64,000 bases of DNA from Gammaproteobacteria bacterium (GCA_965261165.1 OZ253445.1:1369082-1433081); one strand, 5' to 3'. Counted from the first letter of the stretch, positions 52,871 to 63,648 are shown. The notes: generated by a model from the letters alone, not told the origin. Program-made: numbers and translations.

Positions 52871-53623
52871 TCAAGGTGGATTTTTACTACAGACAGGGCA
52901 ATGCGGATCTTTGTTTAGTTTTGCGGTGTGCCATTCCATATGTATGACATCCAGAAGTAATAGCCTGCCTTCCAGTGTTTCACCGATATCCATAATAATC
53001 TTCATTGTCTCACAGGCCTGAACACTGCCAACGATTCCGAGTAAAGGCGATATCACGCCATTCGCTGTACAAGTTTGTTCTATTTCCGCCTCGTCACCAT
53101 ATAGGCATCGGTAACAAGGGGAGTTATCATGTTGACTGTTGAAGACACTAACTTGCGCTTCAAAACGAATTGCTGCGCCAGAAACCAGAGGGGTCTTATG
53201 TTTAACGCAAGCATCATTGATGGCGAATCGAGTTTGAAAGTTATCACTGCAATCAATAACAGCAGTGGATAGTTTTACCTGTTTTTCCAGCTCTTCATCT
53301 TCAATCTTATGAGCAATCTTTGTAATTTGTATTTCAGGATTGAGCTCAAGTAGGTGCTCTTTGGCTGAGTCTACCTTGAGTCGGCCAATGTCTTTGGTTG
53401 CATGAACAATTTGTCTTTGTAGGTTGGAGATATCAACTTCATCAAAATCAACCAATATCAGATGACCAACGCCAGCCGCAGCAAGATACACAGATGAAGA
53501 TGAGCCTAGTCCACCCAGCCCTATAATCAGAACACGTGCATCTGCCAGCCGTTGCTGACCTTCTGCATCGATCTCCGGCAGCATCATTTGCCTGCTATAA
53601 CGTAATAGTTGATCGTTATTCAT
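52871..53623 (-). CDS. moeB: molybdopterin-synthase adenylyltransferase MoeB (ThiF/HesA family)
   Basis: The product contains LIIGLGGLGS (nucleotide-binding), a CxxC...CxxC zinc motif and a C-terminal CPVC. Confidence 0.8.
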   Translation of the reverse strand: MNNDQLLRYSRQMMLPEIDAEGQQRLADARVLIIGLGGLGSSSSVYLAAAGVGHLILVDFDEVDISNLQRQIVHATKDIGRLKVDSAKEHLLELNPEIQITKIAHKIEDEELEKQVKLSTAVIDCSDNFQTRFAINDACVKHKTPLVSGAAIRFEAQVSVFNSQHDNSPCYRCLYGDEAEIEQTCTANGVISPLLGIVGSVQACETMKIIMDIGETLEGRLLLLDVIHMEWHTAKLNKDPHCPVCSKNPP

Positions 53624-53649
53624 AATTTATAATGCATGTATTAAGATCG

Positions 53650-54489
53650 TCAATCTGGTGATTGACCTATGGTCACTCTATCTTGTTTGGATAAATCCTG
53701 GAATATATTCACCTGTCTAAAGTAATTTTTCAGAAAAATATTTTGTATTAAAGCCTTTTGATCATAGCCGTGTTCAATCAGTAGATAAGCATCGTTGGCA
53801 AGATAGTATTTTGCATTCTCAAGAATTACATTGATTGCTTGTAAGCCATCTGTACCTGCGACAAGTGCAAGTTCAGATTCAAATCGCACATCTCCTTGTG
53901 ATAAATGTTCATCACCTTGCTTAATATAAGGAGGATTACTCACTATCAAATCAAATAATTGTGGGAGAATATTTTGGTACCAATCACTGAGGTAAAACTG
54001 AATATTTTTCAATTGATGAGTCTCGGCATTTTTCTTCGCCATCGTTAATGCATTTGTGTTGATGTCGGTGGCGACAATTCTGCAATTTGGTCTTTCAGAG
54101 GCAATGGCAATGGCAATGGCGCCGCTGCCTGTACCGAGATCTAGAATGTTAAATGCCGCATTGATAGGAATCATTTGTAATGCTACTTCCACCAAGAGTT
54201 CTGTTTCTGGTCTTGGTATCAATGTGTCTTTATTGATATTCAGCTCAAGGGACCAGAATTCTTTCTTGCCTGTAAGATGAGCTATTGGATGCCCCTGTTG
54301 CCGTTGTTCAACCAGCGATTTAAATAGTGCCGACTTATCATCGGGGATAGGCTGCTCTGGATGCGAATAAATTCTAGTTCGATTCCATTGCATAACATCA
54401 CAGAATAATATTTCTACATCCAGCCGTGCACTAGCAGAAGAATTAATACTCTGTTCCGCTTGTAACAGTAACTCAGTGACGGTTGTCAT
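53650..54489 (-). CDS. prmC: release factor glutamine methyltransferase PrmC (HemK)
   Basis: The product contains DLGTGSGAIAIA and NPPY. Confidence 0.85.
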   Translation of the reverse strand: MTTVTELLLQAEQSINSSASARLDVEILFCDVMQWNRTRIYSHPEQPIPDDKSALFKSLVEQRQQGHPIAHLTGKKEFWSLELNINKDTLIPRPETELLVEVALQMIPINAAFNILDLGTGSGAIAIAIASERPNCRIVATDINTNALTMAKKNAETHQLKNIQFYLSDWYQNILPQLFDLIVSNPPYIKQGDEHLSQGDVRFESELALVAGTDGLQAINVILENAKYYLANDAYLLIEHGYDQKALIQNIFLKNYFRQVNIFQDLSKQDRVTIGQSPD

Positions 54490-54516
54490 GGCGATGTGCT
54501 GTGCTTTAATGATTAT

Positions 54517-55614
54517 TCACGGCAAATTGTCTTGTTCGGCGAATGCGGCTAACTGGTCTGCCTGATACTCACTGATGAGAGGGTCAATGATCGTATCAAT
54601 ATCGCCTTCAACGAATTCATCAAGCTTATATAAAGTGAGGTTGATACGGTGATCTGTCACACGTCCCTGGGGAAAGTTGTAAGTGCGAATTCTTTCTGAA
54701 CGATCGCCACTGCCGATCAGATTTCTACGATTTTCCGCCTGTTCCGCAGTCTTTCTCTCTCTTGCCGCATTGGTAAGCCGAGCTTGAAGGAGTGACAAGG
54801 CACGTGCCTTGTTCTTGTGTTGGGAGCGTTCGTCCTGACATTCAACAACAACCCCGGTTGGGATATGCGTCAGTCGAATAGCAGAGTCAGTTTTATTTAC
54901 GTGCTGTCCACCAGCTCCTGATGCGCGGAAAGTATCAATCCGTAAATCATCCATATTAATTTCGGTTTCACCGACATCAGAGATTTCCGGCATGACTGCG
55001 ACAGTACATGCAGAAGTATGAATACGTCCCTGTGATTCTGTTTCAGGCACACGTTGTACACGATGCGCACCAGATTCAAATTTCAATCTTGAATAAGCTC
55101 CTTCACCAATGATACGCATGATGACTTCTCGATAGCCACTGAGATCACTTAATGTTTTGCTCATGATCTCGACTTGCCAGCCACGTAGCTCCGCATAGCG
55201 AACATACATTTTTAATAGTATTGATGAGAACAAGGCAGCTTCTTCACCACCAGTCCCTGCACGAATCTCAAGAAATATATTGCTGTTGTCTGCGGGATCT
55301 CTGGGGAGCAACAATATTTGCAATTCCTTTTTCAGTGATCCATTTTCCTCTTCCGCAAGCTTCAATTCATCGTGTGCAAGTTCACGAATTTCCTTATCAC
55401 TGTCATTCATCATTTCCTTTGCCGAAGTGATGTTCTCTAGTGTGCTGGTGTAGTTTTCAAAACTCGCAACCACAGGTTTTATATCAGCATGTTCTTTTGC
55501 ATACTCACGAAATTTATTTTGATTATTGATAACGTGAGGATCAGATAATAACGCTTCCAGTTCTTGTAAACGCTCGCTGAGGTTATCCAATTTATTAAGT
55601 AGACTTTTTTTCAT
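54517..55614 (-). CDS. prfA: peptide chain release factor 1
   Basis: The product contains the GGQ motif ([16 protein letters not shown]) and PET (RF1-specific). Confidence 0.95.
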   Translation of the reverse strand: MKKSLLNKLDNLSERLQELEALLSDPHVINNQNKFREYAKEHADIKPVVASFENYTSTLENITSAKEMMNDSDKEIRELAHDELKLAEEENGSLKKELQILLLPRDPADNSNIFLEIRAGTGGEEAALFSSILLKMYVRYAELRGWQVEIMSKTLSDLSGYREVIMRIIGEGAYSRLKFESGAHRVQRVPETESQGRIHTSACTVAVMPEISDVGETEINMDDLRIDTFRASGAGGQHVNKTDSAIRLTHIPTGVVVECQDERSQHKNKARALSLLQARLTNAARERKTAEQAENRRNLIGSGDRSERIRTYNFPQGRVTDHRINLTLYKLDEFVEGDIDTIIDPLISEYQADQLAAFAEQDNLP

Positions 55615-55682
55615 TTGATTTAATGTTAATACAATAAATAATAAGGGTTAAATACAGGGTGAAAATAAATAGCCTGATCAGG

Positions 55683-56963
55683 TTATTTATTTGGATCTTG
55701 TGTAGAGTGATCTGTATTCAGGTCAAAGAGTTCGTAAGCAGCTGAAAGTAGATCGCTTCTTCCTTCTGCATCGGCAGCACGTAACTGGCTACTTGGGGAA
55801 TGGATTAATTTATTGGTTAAGGTTCGAGTGACATCCTGCAACACCTCTTCAGGATCCGCGCCTTTGCGTAATTCTTTTTGTGCTAGAATCATTACTTCTT
55901 CCTGAAAGGATTGCGCTTGATTACGTATTGCACGGATCGTCGAAACCGCATCTAGTGAACCTAACCAATCCATAAAATGAGTTACTTGAGTATCAATAAT
56001 TTCTTCTGCTTGTTGTGCCGCTTTTTCACGGCTCCGCATATTATCTTGAATGACATTCTTCAGATCATCTACAGTATATAAATAAACATCATCCAGATCA
56101 CCTGCCTCTGGTTCAATATCGCGAGGTACTGCAATATCCACAACAAATATAGGTCTGTGTTTACGTGCCTTAACGGCACTTTCAAAAGCGCCCTTACCGA
56201 GGATAGGTAACTGGCTCGCCGTTGATGAAATAATAATGTCTGCCTCTGCCAGGTGTTGAGGGATATCACCCAGTGCGATGGCATAGGCTGAATATTCACT
56301 AGCTAGGTGTTGTGAATGCTCCAGAGTTCGGTTGGAAATAATCATACGTGACAGTCCATTTTCGTGAAGATGCCTTGCTGTTAACTTGATGGTATCTCCT
56401 GCACCGATTAATAAAGCAGTTTGTCCAGAGAGATCGCCAAAAATCTGTTGAGCCAGTCTGACGGCAGCAAATGCGATGGAAACTGGATGATTGCCTATTG
56501 TTGTTGTTGTTCTTATTTCTTTGGCGACCTTGAATGAATGTTGGAAAAGTCGCCCTAACAATTTACCAATGCTGCCTGCTTTGAGTCCGGCCTGGTAGGC
56601 GGATTTCAACTGACCCAGAACCTGTGGTTCGCCAAGCACCATAGAATCAAGACCACTGGCGACACGAAGTATATGTTTGACAGCATGGGCATCAGGATGT
56701 CTATAGAGGAAAGGAGACAACTGATCCTGTTTTAAGCCATGGTATTCAGACAACCACTTGATGGGTTTTTCATTTCTCGCTTCTTCCAGGCTGCAATAGA
56801 CTTCAGTGCGGTTGCAAGTCGATAGTATTGCGGCTTCATTCACCCCCTGCTGGTGAGCGAGTTCTCCTAGAGCTTCAGGCACGGCATCGTTGCCGAAGAT
56901 GACCTTTTCTCTAAGATCAACTGGAGCAGTTGCGTGATTTATGCCAAAAGCCAAGATAGTCAT
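55683..56963 (-). CDS. hemA: glutamyl-tRNA reductase
   Basis: The product begins MTILAFGINHATAPV and contains a catalytic Cys (STCNRTE) and an NADPH-binding motif (LLIGAGD). The gene order hemA-prfA-prmC is conserved. Confidence 0.9.
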   Translation of the reverse strand: MTILAFGINHATAPVDLREKVIFGNDAVPEALGELAHQQGVNEAAILSTCNRTEVYCSLEEARNEKPIKWLSEYHGLKQDQLSPFLYRHPDAHAVKHILRVASGLDSMVLGEPQVLGQLKSAYQAGLKAGSIGKLLGRLFQHSFKVAKEIRTTTTIGNHPVSIAFAAVRLAQQIFGDLSGQTALLIGAGDTIKLTARHLHENGLSRMIISNRTLEHSQHLASEYSAYAIALGDIPQHLAEADIIISSTASQLPILGKGAFESAVKARKHRPIFVVDIAVPRDIEPEAGDLDDVYLYTVDDLKNVIQDNMRSREKAAQQAEEIIDTQVTHFMDWLGSLDAVSTIRAIRNQAQSFQEEVMILAQKELRKGADPEEVLQDVTRTLTNKLIHSPSSQLRAADAEGRSDLLSAAYELFDLNTDHSTQDPNK

Positions 56964-57033
56964 AAATTAATATAAGCGGTTACTAACACATAGGCTGCTA
57001 ATTCTGAGTGATGAAGTGTCGGAAAACAAGGGC

Positions 57034-57308
57034 ATGTATGAGTCCACCACATATTGCACTTCCCGCGTGGCTGAACATTGTCTTGGTCTGTTTCCAATTG
57101 ATAATCTCTCTGTGCAGCATCTATTTCAAACAATGATTTATATCCTACTTAAAGGCATATCTGCGAACGAACCTTGGGCAGTTTTTTCCAGGAATTTTTT
57201 TTCAAGACTTTAATTTCCAAGACATGACGAAATAATCTTTAAGGTCTTTAGAATGGTCTTATTTTACCTGTTTTGGTAGAATTAGTGTGAATTATGCAAA
57301 AGGTCTCT
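57034..57308 (-). repeat. repeat family R3, copy A (inverted relative to copy B)
   Basis: Its reverse complement aligns with 60048..60340, with about 85-90% identity over shared blocks by eye. Two internal indel blocks separate the copies. Confidence 0.75.
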
Positions 57309-57333
57309 ATGTATTTTTTTTGATGTATTTTTT

Positions 57334-58038
57334 TTGAAAATACATACAATAACGCCCATGGCAAAAATCAGTTATTTTTCACGAATCTTTGGCAACTCCC
57401 CAGTCTCACCACTGCAGAAACATATTGCTAGTGTTATCGCCTGTGTCGAGCAACTCATTCCTTATTTTGAGACTGTATTTAAAGGTGATTGGGATGAGGC
57501 AACAAAGATTCGGGAAAAACTTGCCTCACTTGAAAGTGAGGCCGATGATACCAAGAATGAATTGCGCATGAGTCTACCCAAAAATCTATTCATGCCTATT
57601 GATCGAAGAGATATTCTTGAGCTTCTGAATATGCAGGATCTGATTGCGAATCGAGCCAAGGATATTTCTGGCCTTACCCTTGGCCGCAAAATGGCTATCC
57701 CAAATGTGCTTGCAGATGACTTTATGGCATTTCTGCATCGTTGCATCGATGCCACAAAGCAAGCCCAAATTGCCATCAACGAACTGGATGGATTGGTTGT
57801 CACAGGATTCCGTGGCGACGAAGTGACTCGTGTTAAAAAGATGATTGTTGAGCTCCACGTTATCGAGAAAGAAACCGACGAGATTCAGGTCAAGCTTCGG
57901 GCCTCATTATTTGCAATTGAAAATGAATTACCCCCTATCGATGTCATGTTTATATACAAAATCATCGAGTGGATTGGTGATCTTGCTGATACGTCACAGA
58001 GTACTGGCAACCGTCTGCAGTTAATGCTTGCCAAATAA
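57334..58038 (+). CDS. DUF47 / PhoU-like (TIGR00153) phosphate transport regulator-type protein
   Basis: The 234-aa product has the helical-bundle PhoU-like pattern (EADDTKNELRMSL, IDRRDILELL). It is the usual partner located immediately upstream of a PiT transporter. An alternative start lies at 57358. Confidence 0.75.
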   Translation: MKIHTITPMAKISYFSRIFGNSPVSPLQKHIASVIACVEQLIPYFETVFKGDWDEATKIREKLASLESEADDTKNELRMSLPKNLFMPIDRRDILELLNMQDLIANRAKDISGLTLGRKMAIPNVLADDFMAFLHRCIDATKQAQIAINELDGLVVTGFRGDEVTRVKKMIVELHVIEKETDEIQVKLRASLFAIENELPPIDVMFIYKIIEWIGDLADTSQSTGNRLQLMLAK

Positions 58039-58083
58039 TTTCACAATATATTTAACCCTCTTATAATAAATATAGTCGTAGCT

Positions 58084-59334
58084 ATGGAACATGCAACACT
58101 ACTACTAATATTTGCTGCTGTATTCGGTTTGTTTATGGCCTGGGGGATTGGTGCTAATGACGTTGCTAATGCCATGGCAACTTCAGTTGGCTCCAGAGCG
58201 CTTACCATCAAATCTGCTATTTTAGTTGCGGCAATATTTGAATTCTCAGGTGCTTTCCTTGCTGGCGGGGAAGTTACTTCAACCATCAGAAAAGGAATAG
58301 TCGATGCTTCTTCTCTAGCTAGCTCTCCTGAAATTTTAGTCTATGGGATGTTGGCTTCATTACTTGCTGCGGGCACTTGGTTATTGATCGCTTCTCGCTA
58401 TGGACTCCCTGTATCAACGACACATTCTATTGTTGGCGCTATCGTTGGCTTTGCTGCAATTGTCGTTGGTGTTGATGCCGTTAAATGGGGGAAAGTTGGC
58501 TCAATCGCAGTGAGTTGGGTGGTTTCACCGGTACTCGCCGGGGTCCTTTCTTACTTTTTATATCGTAGCGTTCAGAAACTCATCCTAGACACAACGAACC
58601 CATTTAAATATGCACAAAGATATGTCCCTTTCTATATTTTTTTAACTGGTTTTATAATTTCCCTTGTAACCTTCTTTAAAGGTTTGAAACATGTCGGACT
58701 TGAGATGTCACAACAGGAATGCTACCTATCCGCTATGTTTATTGGCTTGCTCGCCGCGACCATTGGCAAGATATTGATCAGCCGCATTTCACAAGAAACT
58801 GGAAAAGGAAACAGCGATCATTTTCATAGCGTTGAAAAAATTTTTGGTATTCTCATGATCTTTACTGCATGTGCCATGGCATTTGCACACGGCTCGAATG
58901 ATGTCGCGAATGCAGTTGGTCCTGTCGCTACTGTGGTTAGCATTGTGAATAATGATGGAATGATTGGGCAAAAATCATCCCTGCCAACCTGGGTTTTATT
59001 TTTAGGCGCAACAGGTATTGTGATTGGTCTGATGATGTATGGACATAAGGTGATCGCTACCGTTGGCAAAAGTATCACTGAGCTCACGCCAAGCCGTGGT
59101 TTCTGCGGAGAATTAGCCGCATCCACCACTGTCGTTCTTGCCTCGGGGACAGGTATTCCTATTTCAACCACGCACACATTAGTCGGTGCGGTCCTCGGCG
59201 TTGGTATGGCGCGCGGTATTTCTGCGCTGAATCTACATGTGATTGGCTCGATCTTTATGTCATGGATAATCACACTTCCAGCCGGCGCGATTCTGGCGAT
59301 TATTTTCTTTTACATCCTTAAAATGCTGCTCTAG
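58084..59334 (+). CDS. pit: inorganic phosphate transporter, PiT family
   Basis: The product has duplicated GANDVANAM/GSNDVANAVGP signature motifs and about 10 TM segments. Confidence 0.9.
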   Translation: MEHATLLLIFAAVFGLFMAWGIGANDVANAMATSVGSRALTIKSAILVAAIFEFSGAFLAGGEVTSTIRKGIVDASSLASSPEILVYGMLASLLAAGTWLLIASRYGLPVSTTHSIVGAIVGFAAIVVGVDAVKWGKVGSIAVSWVVSPVLAGVLSYFLYRSVQKLILDTTNPFKYAQRYVPFYIFLTGFIISLVTFFKGLKHVGLEMSQQECYLSAMFIGLLAATIGKILISRISQETGKGNSDHFHSVEKIFGILMIFTACAMAFAHGSNDVANAVGPVATVVSIVNNDGMIGQKSSLPTWVLFLGATGIVIGLMMYGHKVIATVGKSITELTPSRGFCGELAASTTVVLASGTGIPISTTHTLVGAVLGVGMARGISALNLHVIGSIFMSWIITLPAGAILAIIFFYILKMLL

Positions 59335-59984
59335 ATCCAGTAAGCAGTTTTTGTCATCACCTTCGAACACAGTCGCATCAATTTTTTAACCTGCGCTGGT
59401 AATTCCGAAGCGCCCGCATGGTATGCGACACTGGCATGATGGGCTTCATCATCGCGCATTTGTTGTAGAATCGCCCGACTTCGTAAATCTTTTTCAGTAA
59501 TCTCCTGTAAGTGCTTATCCAAATGCGCCACCACCTGTTCCTCGGTTTCAACCACAAAGCCTAGGTTCCATTTATCACCAATCAAACCCGCTAAAGAGCC
59601 AATGCTAAGTGAACCAAGAAACCAGAAATGCCCAAGAAGACTTGTGCGCCCACCCAGCTCACGTAAACGCTCTTCACACCAAACCAGATGATCAATCTCT
59701 TCCTCTGCCGAATGCTTCATCGCCTCCCGCACCTGACTGTCTCGCGCAGTCAGTGCCTGAGCCCTATACAGTGCCTGAGCAGAGACCTCACCCGCGTGGT
59801 TAACCCGCATAAGACCTTCGCTTTGCCGACGCTCGGTTTCTGACAGCACAGAATGCCCAACTTTTTCGGCAGGATAGGTACGTAATGTCTGTTGTGGCTG
59901 AACCATGAATGCCTCTAAATGCTCATCAATCGTATTGATGAAACCGTCCAGAACACTGTAATTTCGTTCACTCATACCGGACAA
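59331..59984 (-). CDS. coq7: demethoxyubiquinone hydroxylase Coq7 (di-iron carboxylate family)
   Basis: The product is near-colinear with Pseudomonas Coq7 (LMRVNHAGEVSAQALYRAQALTAR, EEEIDHLVWCEERL, LAKVMTKTAYWI). Confidence 0.85.
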   Translation of the reverse strand: MSGMSERNYSVLDGFINTIDEHLEAFMVQPQQTLRTYPAEKVGHSVLSETERRQSEGLMRVNHAGEVSAQALYRAQALTARDSQVREAMKHSAEEEIDHLVWCEERLRELGGRTSLLGHFWFLGSLSIGSLAGLIGDKWNLGFVVETEEQVVAHLDKHLQEITEKDLRSRAILQQMRDDEAHHASVAYHAGASELPAQVKKLMRLCSKVMTKTAYWI

Positions 59985-60047
59985 TACGTCATTCTTCCCA
60001 ATTTTTCATAGGGTGATTCACGGTAATTTCCAGTTTTTAGAATAAAC

Positions 60048-60340
60048 AGAGACCTTTGCATAATCCACACTAATTCTACCGAAACAGGTAAAATAAGACC
60101 ATTCTAAAAACCTTAAAGATTATTCATCCATATACTGGGAAAAACTGCCCAAGGTTCGTTCGCAGATATGCCTTTAGTAGGATATAAATCATTGTTTGAA
60201 CTAGACGCTGTACAGAGAGATTGTCAATTGAAAACAGATTAAAACAATGTTCAGCCATCTTTATGCTTCTCGGCATCCCCGCCCTAAAGAAGTGCGGCTT
60301 CAGCCGCGCAGAAAGTGCAATATGTGGTGGACTCATACAT
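60048..60340 (+). repeat. repeat family R3, copy B, in the coq7 / deaD intergenic region
   Basis: See copies A and C. It contains the shared core AAAAACTGCCCAAGGTTCGTTCGCAGATATGCCTTTAGTAGGATATAAATCATTGTTTGAA and a copy-specific insertion of about 57 nt with a GCGGCttcaGCCGC hairpin. Confidence 0.75.
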
Positions 60341-60434
60341 AGGCTACATTTCCAAGTAGTATGGTATACAATACGCGCCCATTTCCATAGCTTCCTGATA
60401 AACCTCGGCGGCTGATATAAGGCAGATAACTCTG

Positions 60435-62237
60435 ATGATCGAAGAAGTAAATCCTGTAAGTTTCGATGACATGAATCTAAGCGTGCCAGTAATGAAGGCG
60501 CTAAAAGATGTCGGTTATGAGAGTCCATCTCCTATTCAGAAAAAAACCATTCCCTTGGTCATGGCCGGTAAAGATCTGGTTGGACAGGCGCAAACCGGTA
60601 CTGGAAAAACTGCGGCCTTTGCATTACCTCTTTTGTCACGTATTGACCTGAAAAAGAAAATTCCACAGGTATTGGTATTGGCACCGACAAGAGAGCTGGC
60701 GATTCAAGTTGCCGAAGCATTTCAAACCTATGCAAAATACATCAAAGGTTTTCGCGTATTGCCTATCTACGGTGGTCAGGAGTACGGCACGCAATTAAGA
60801 ACTTTAAAAAGAGGAGTGCATGTTGTAGTCGGCACGCCTGGTCGAGTTATGGATCACATGCGGCGTGGCACTTTAAAATTGGATGTCTTGGAATGTCTGG
60901 TGCTTGATGAAGCCGATGAAATGTTGCGCATGGGTTTTATTGATGATGTTGAATGGATACTGGGACGATTGCCAGAAAGCAGGCAAATAGTATTGTTTTC
61001 GGCAACCATGCCAAGCGAGATTCGCAAGATTGCGAAGAAGCATCTGCAATATCCTGAGCAAGTCACGATTAAAAATAAAACTGCCACCGTTGAAACGATT
61101 AATCAACGCTACTGGTTGGTTAGTGGCGCCCATAAACTTGATGCTTTAACAAGAATCATGGAGGCTGAAACTACAGACGGCGTGATTATCTTTGTGCGTA
61201 CCCGAATCAGCACCGTGGAGTTGGCAGAAAAATTACAGGCGCGCGGTTATGCGGCTGTTGCCTTGAATGGCGATTTACAACAGAAACAACGCGAACGGAC
61301 TATTACGCAATTGAAATCCGGTAAGCTGGATATATTAATTGCCACCGATGTTGCTGCGCGTGGCCTAGATGTCGAACGTATCAGTCATGTGATTAACTAT
61401 GACGTTCCAAATGAAACAGAAGCCTATATACATAGAATAGGGCGCACGGGTCGTGCTGGTAGAGCAGGTGAAGCAATTTTATTTATTACGCCTAGAGAAA
61501 AGCACTGGCTACATCGAATAGAAAAGGCAACCAGACAAAGAATCAAAATGATGGAATTGCCGTCAACAGACATGATCAACGACAAACGCGTGGCTCGTTT
61601 CAAACAAAACATTACCGATGCCTTGGCCAGAGAAGGGTTGGATTTTTATCAAAACCTGATCGAAGAATATCAACAGGAACATAACATTCCAGCAACAGAG
61701 ATTGCCGCCGCCCTGGCGAAACTGACCCAAGGTAAAGAGCCTTTACTGTTAAAGCCAATCCCCGCTGGCAAGAGAGAACGCCAAGCACGAAATGACAGAG
61801 GCCGGAATGAATCAAGAGGCCGGGACAGATCAAGAGGAAGTGAAGATTTTGAAGAAGGCAGAAGATCGCCCAGAGACAAAGGCAAGCAAAGAAAACCAGA
61901 GGCAGGGATGGAAACCTATCGTATCGAAGTCGGGCATGATCATGATGTTCAGCCAGGAAGTATTGTTGGCGCAATCGCAAACGAAGCTGGGTTAGAGAGC
62001 AAGAATATTGGACGTATCGATATTCATGATGACTACAGCCTAGTTGACTTACCCGAAGGCATGCCGAAAGAAGTCTTTGCAGACCTTAAGAAGACCCGGG
62101 TCTCAGGCCAGAAATTAAACATTACTTGCGTGAAAGAAGCAGGTAACAAACAAGTCCCGCAACGAAAAAATAGATCTGGCAAGCCCAGAAAACCTCGTAC
62201 AAAATTAAAATCTAAGGACAAGAAGAAAAGAAAGTAA
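60435..62237 (+). CDS. deaD: cold-shock DEAD-box RNA helicase DeaD/CsdA
   Basis: The product carries the Q motif, AQTGTGKT, DEAD, SAT and HRIGRTGRAG, plus a C-terminal DbpA-like RNA-binding domain and an Arg/Lys-rich tail. Confidence 0.9.
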   Translation: MIEEVNPVSFDDMNLSVPVMKALKDVGYESPSPIQKKTIPLVMAGKDLVGQAQTGTGKTAAFALPLLSRIDLKKKIPQVLVLAPTRELAIQVAEAFQTYAKYIKGFRVLPIYGGQEYGTQLRTLKRGVHVVVGTPGRVMDHMRRGTLKLDVLECLVLDEADEMLRMGFIDDVEWILGRLPESRQIVLFSATMPSEIRKIAKKHLQYPEQVTIKNKTATVETINQRYWLVSGAHKLDALTRIMEAETTDGVIIFVRTRISTVELAEKLQARGYAAVALNGDLQQKQRERTITQLKSGKLDILIATDVAARGLDVERISHVINYDVPNETEAYIHRIGRTGRAGRAGEAILFITPREKHWLHRIEKATRQRIKMMELPSTDMINDKRVARFKQNITDALAREGLDFYQNLIEEYQQEHNIPATEIAAALAKLTQGKEPLLLKPIPAGKRERQARNDRGRNESRGRDRSRGSEDFEEGRRSPRDKGKQRKPEAGMETYRIEVGHDHDVQPGSIVGAIANEAGLESKNIGRIDIHDDYSLVDLPEGMPKEVFADLKKTRVSGQKLNITCVKEAGNKQVPQRKNRSGKPRKPRTKLKSKDKKKRK

Positions 62238-62243
62238 GAATTT

Positions 62244-62909
62244 TTATTTATATGGCGTTGGGTCAGAAATATTCGCGTTTTCAAATCCTTCTTTTCTAAA
62301 TCTGCAAGAATCACAAACACCACAGGCGCTGCCATCTTCATCTGCCTGATAACAAGAAATGGTTAAGGCATAATCAACTTTAAGTTTGTTCCCTTGTTGA
62401 ATAATCTCAGCCTTATTAAGCTTAATAAGCGGAGTGTATATGGTTAATTTTTTGCCTTCAACACTGGTTTTTGTGGCAAGGTTTGCCATGTGTTCGAAGG
62501 CTTGAATATATTCCGGACGACAATCCGGATAGCCAGAATAATCAACGGCATTAACACCAATAAAAATATTATTGATGTCAAGTACCTCTGCCCAGGCCAG
62601 GGCATATGAGAGAAAAATGGTGTTTCTTGCAGGCACATAGGTTATCGGAATGCCATTCGTTGGTAATTCAGGAATATCGACATTATTGTCAGTCAGTGCA
62701 GAACCGCCAATCTGCGCCAGATGCAAATCAATAGTTTTGTGTTCAATGACATTAAATTCACTCGCCACCTTTATTGCTGCACCCAGTTCCGCGACATGTC
62801 TCTGACCATAATTAAAGCTCAAGGCATAACATTCATAGCCTTGATCCTTTGCAATAGCTAGTGCTGTGGCGGAATCAAGTCCACCGGAGAGAAGAATAAC
62901 TGCTTTCAC
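62244..62909 (-). CDS. queC: 7-cyano-7-deazaguanine synthase
   Basis: The product has the PP-loop SGGLDS and a C-terminal zinc motif CxxC..C (CGVCDSC). Confidence 0.9.
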   Translation of the reverse strand: MKAVILLSGGLDSATALAIAKDQGYECYALSFNYGQRHVAELGAAIKVASEFNVIEHKTIDLHLAQIGGSALTDNNVDIPELPTNGIPITYVPARNTIFLSYALAWAEVLDINNIFIGVNAVDYSGYPDCRPEYIQAFEHMANLATKTSVEGKKLTIYTPLIKLNKAEIIQQGNKLKVDYALTISCYQADEDGSACGVCDSCRFRKEGFENANISDPTPYK

Positions 62910-62912
62910 TAT

Positions 62913-63578
62913 TTATTTACTTGGAATATCGCCCCAAAGATATTTATGTAATTGTATCTGTAATCTGACGGGTAATTGATCTTTCAGTATCCAGTCTGCT
63001 AATTGCGAGTTTTGAATTTCACCATGGTTGGCGGAGAAGAGGACTTCACATCGTTCGTTTAGATTATATTCATTTAATTTTTCTTTTGACCATTTATAGT
63101 CTTGGCGATCACAAATTACAAATTTTACTTGATCATTTGCTGTCAGGTATTGCATATTTTCATACATATTTTTATCGACTTCGCCCGAAGCTGGCGTTTT
63201 CAGGTCGACAATTCTGGCAACACGATTATCAATGTCTTGAATATCCAGGGTGCCACTGGTTTCCAATGAAACATCGTATCCAGCATTGCAAAGTATCTCC
63301 AACAGAGGTCTGCAATTTTTTTGTGCCAGAGGTTCTCCGCCAGTAACAGTAATTTGTTCGGTCTTATAGCCACAAATCTTTTCCATGATTTCATTAAGTG
63401 TCATTTTGTCGCCATCATGAAAGGCATATTCAGTATCACAATAAACGCAACGTAGTGGACATCCAGTTAAACGAATAAAGACAGTGGGTAATCCTGATCT
63501 GGTGGTTTCTCCCTGAATCGAAAAAAATATTTCATTGATCTTTAAGGTGCAGTCGTTGTTTGGTGTAGGTTGTGACAT
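62913..63578 (-). CDS. queE: 7-carboxy-7-deazaguanine synthase (radical SAM)
   Basis: The product contains the radical-SAM variant CPLRCVYCDT and FFSIQGE. Confidence 0.9.
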   Translation of the reverse strand: MSQPTPNNDCTLKINEIFFSIQGETTRSGLPTVFIRLTGCPLRCVYCDTEYAFHDGDKMTLNEIMEKICGYKTEQITVTGGEPLAQKNCRPLLEILCNAGYDVSLETSGTLDIQDIDNRVARIVDLKTPASGEVDKNMYENMQYLTANDQVKFVICDRQDYKWSKEKLNEYNLNERCEVLFSANHGEIQNSQLADWILKDQLPVRLQIQLHKYLWGDIPSK

Positions 63579-63648
63579 TATTGAATAGATGATTCTATCG
63601 GCCTAGATATTATTTCAGGGCCTATTAAGAAATATAAATTGTGGTTCT

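Noticed and set aside
57016-57213. Short ORFs inside the R3 repeat copies (57016..57213 +, 60221..60415 +, 60124..60528 -)
   Set aside because: The ORFs fall in different frames and strands in the different copies and have no conserved peptide. The repeat is treated as noncoding.
63579-63648. preQ1 riboswitch upstream of queE
   Set aside because: The 70-bp spacer between cpoB and queE shows only a weak GGCC-based hairpin and no recognisable preQ1-I/II consensus. queE is more likely co-transcribed with cpoB.
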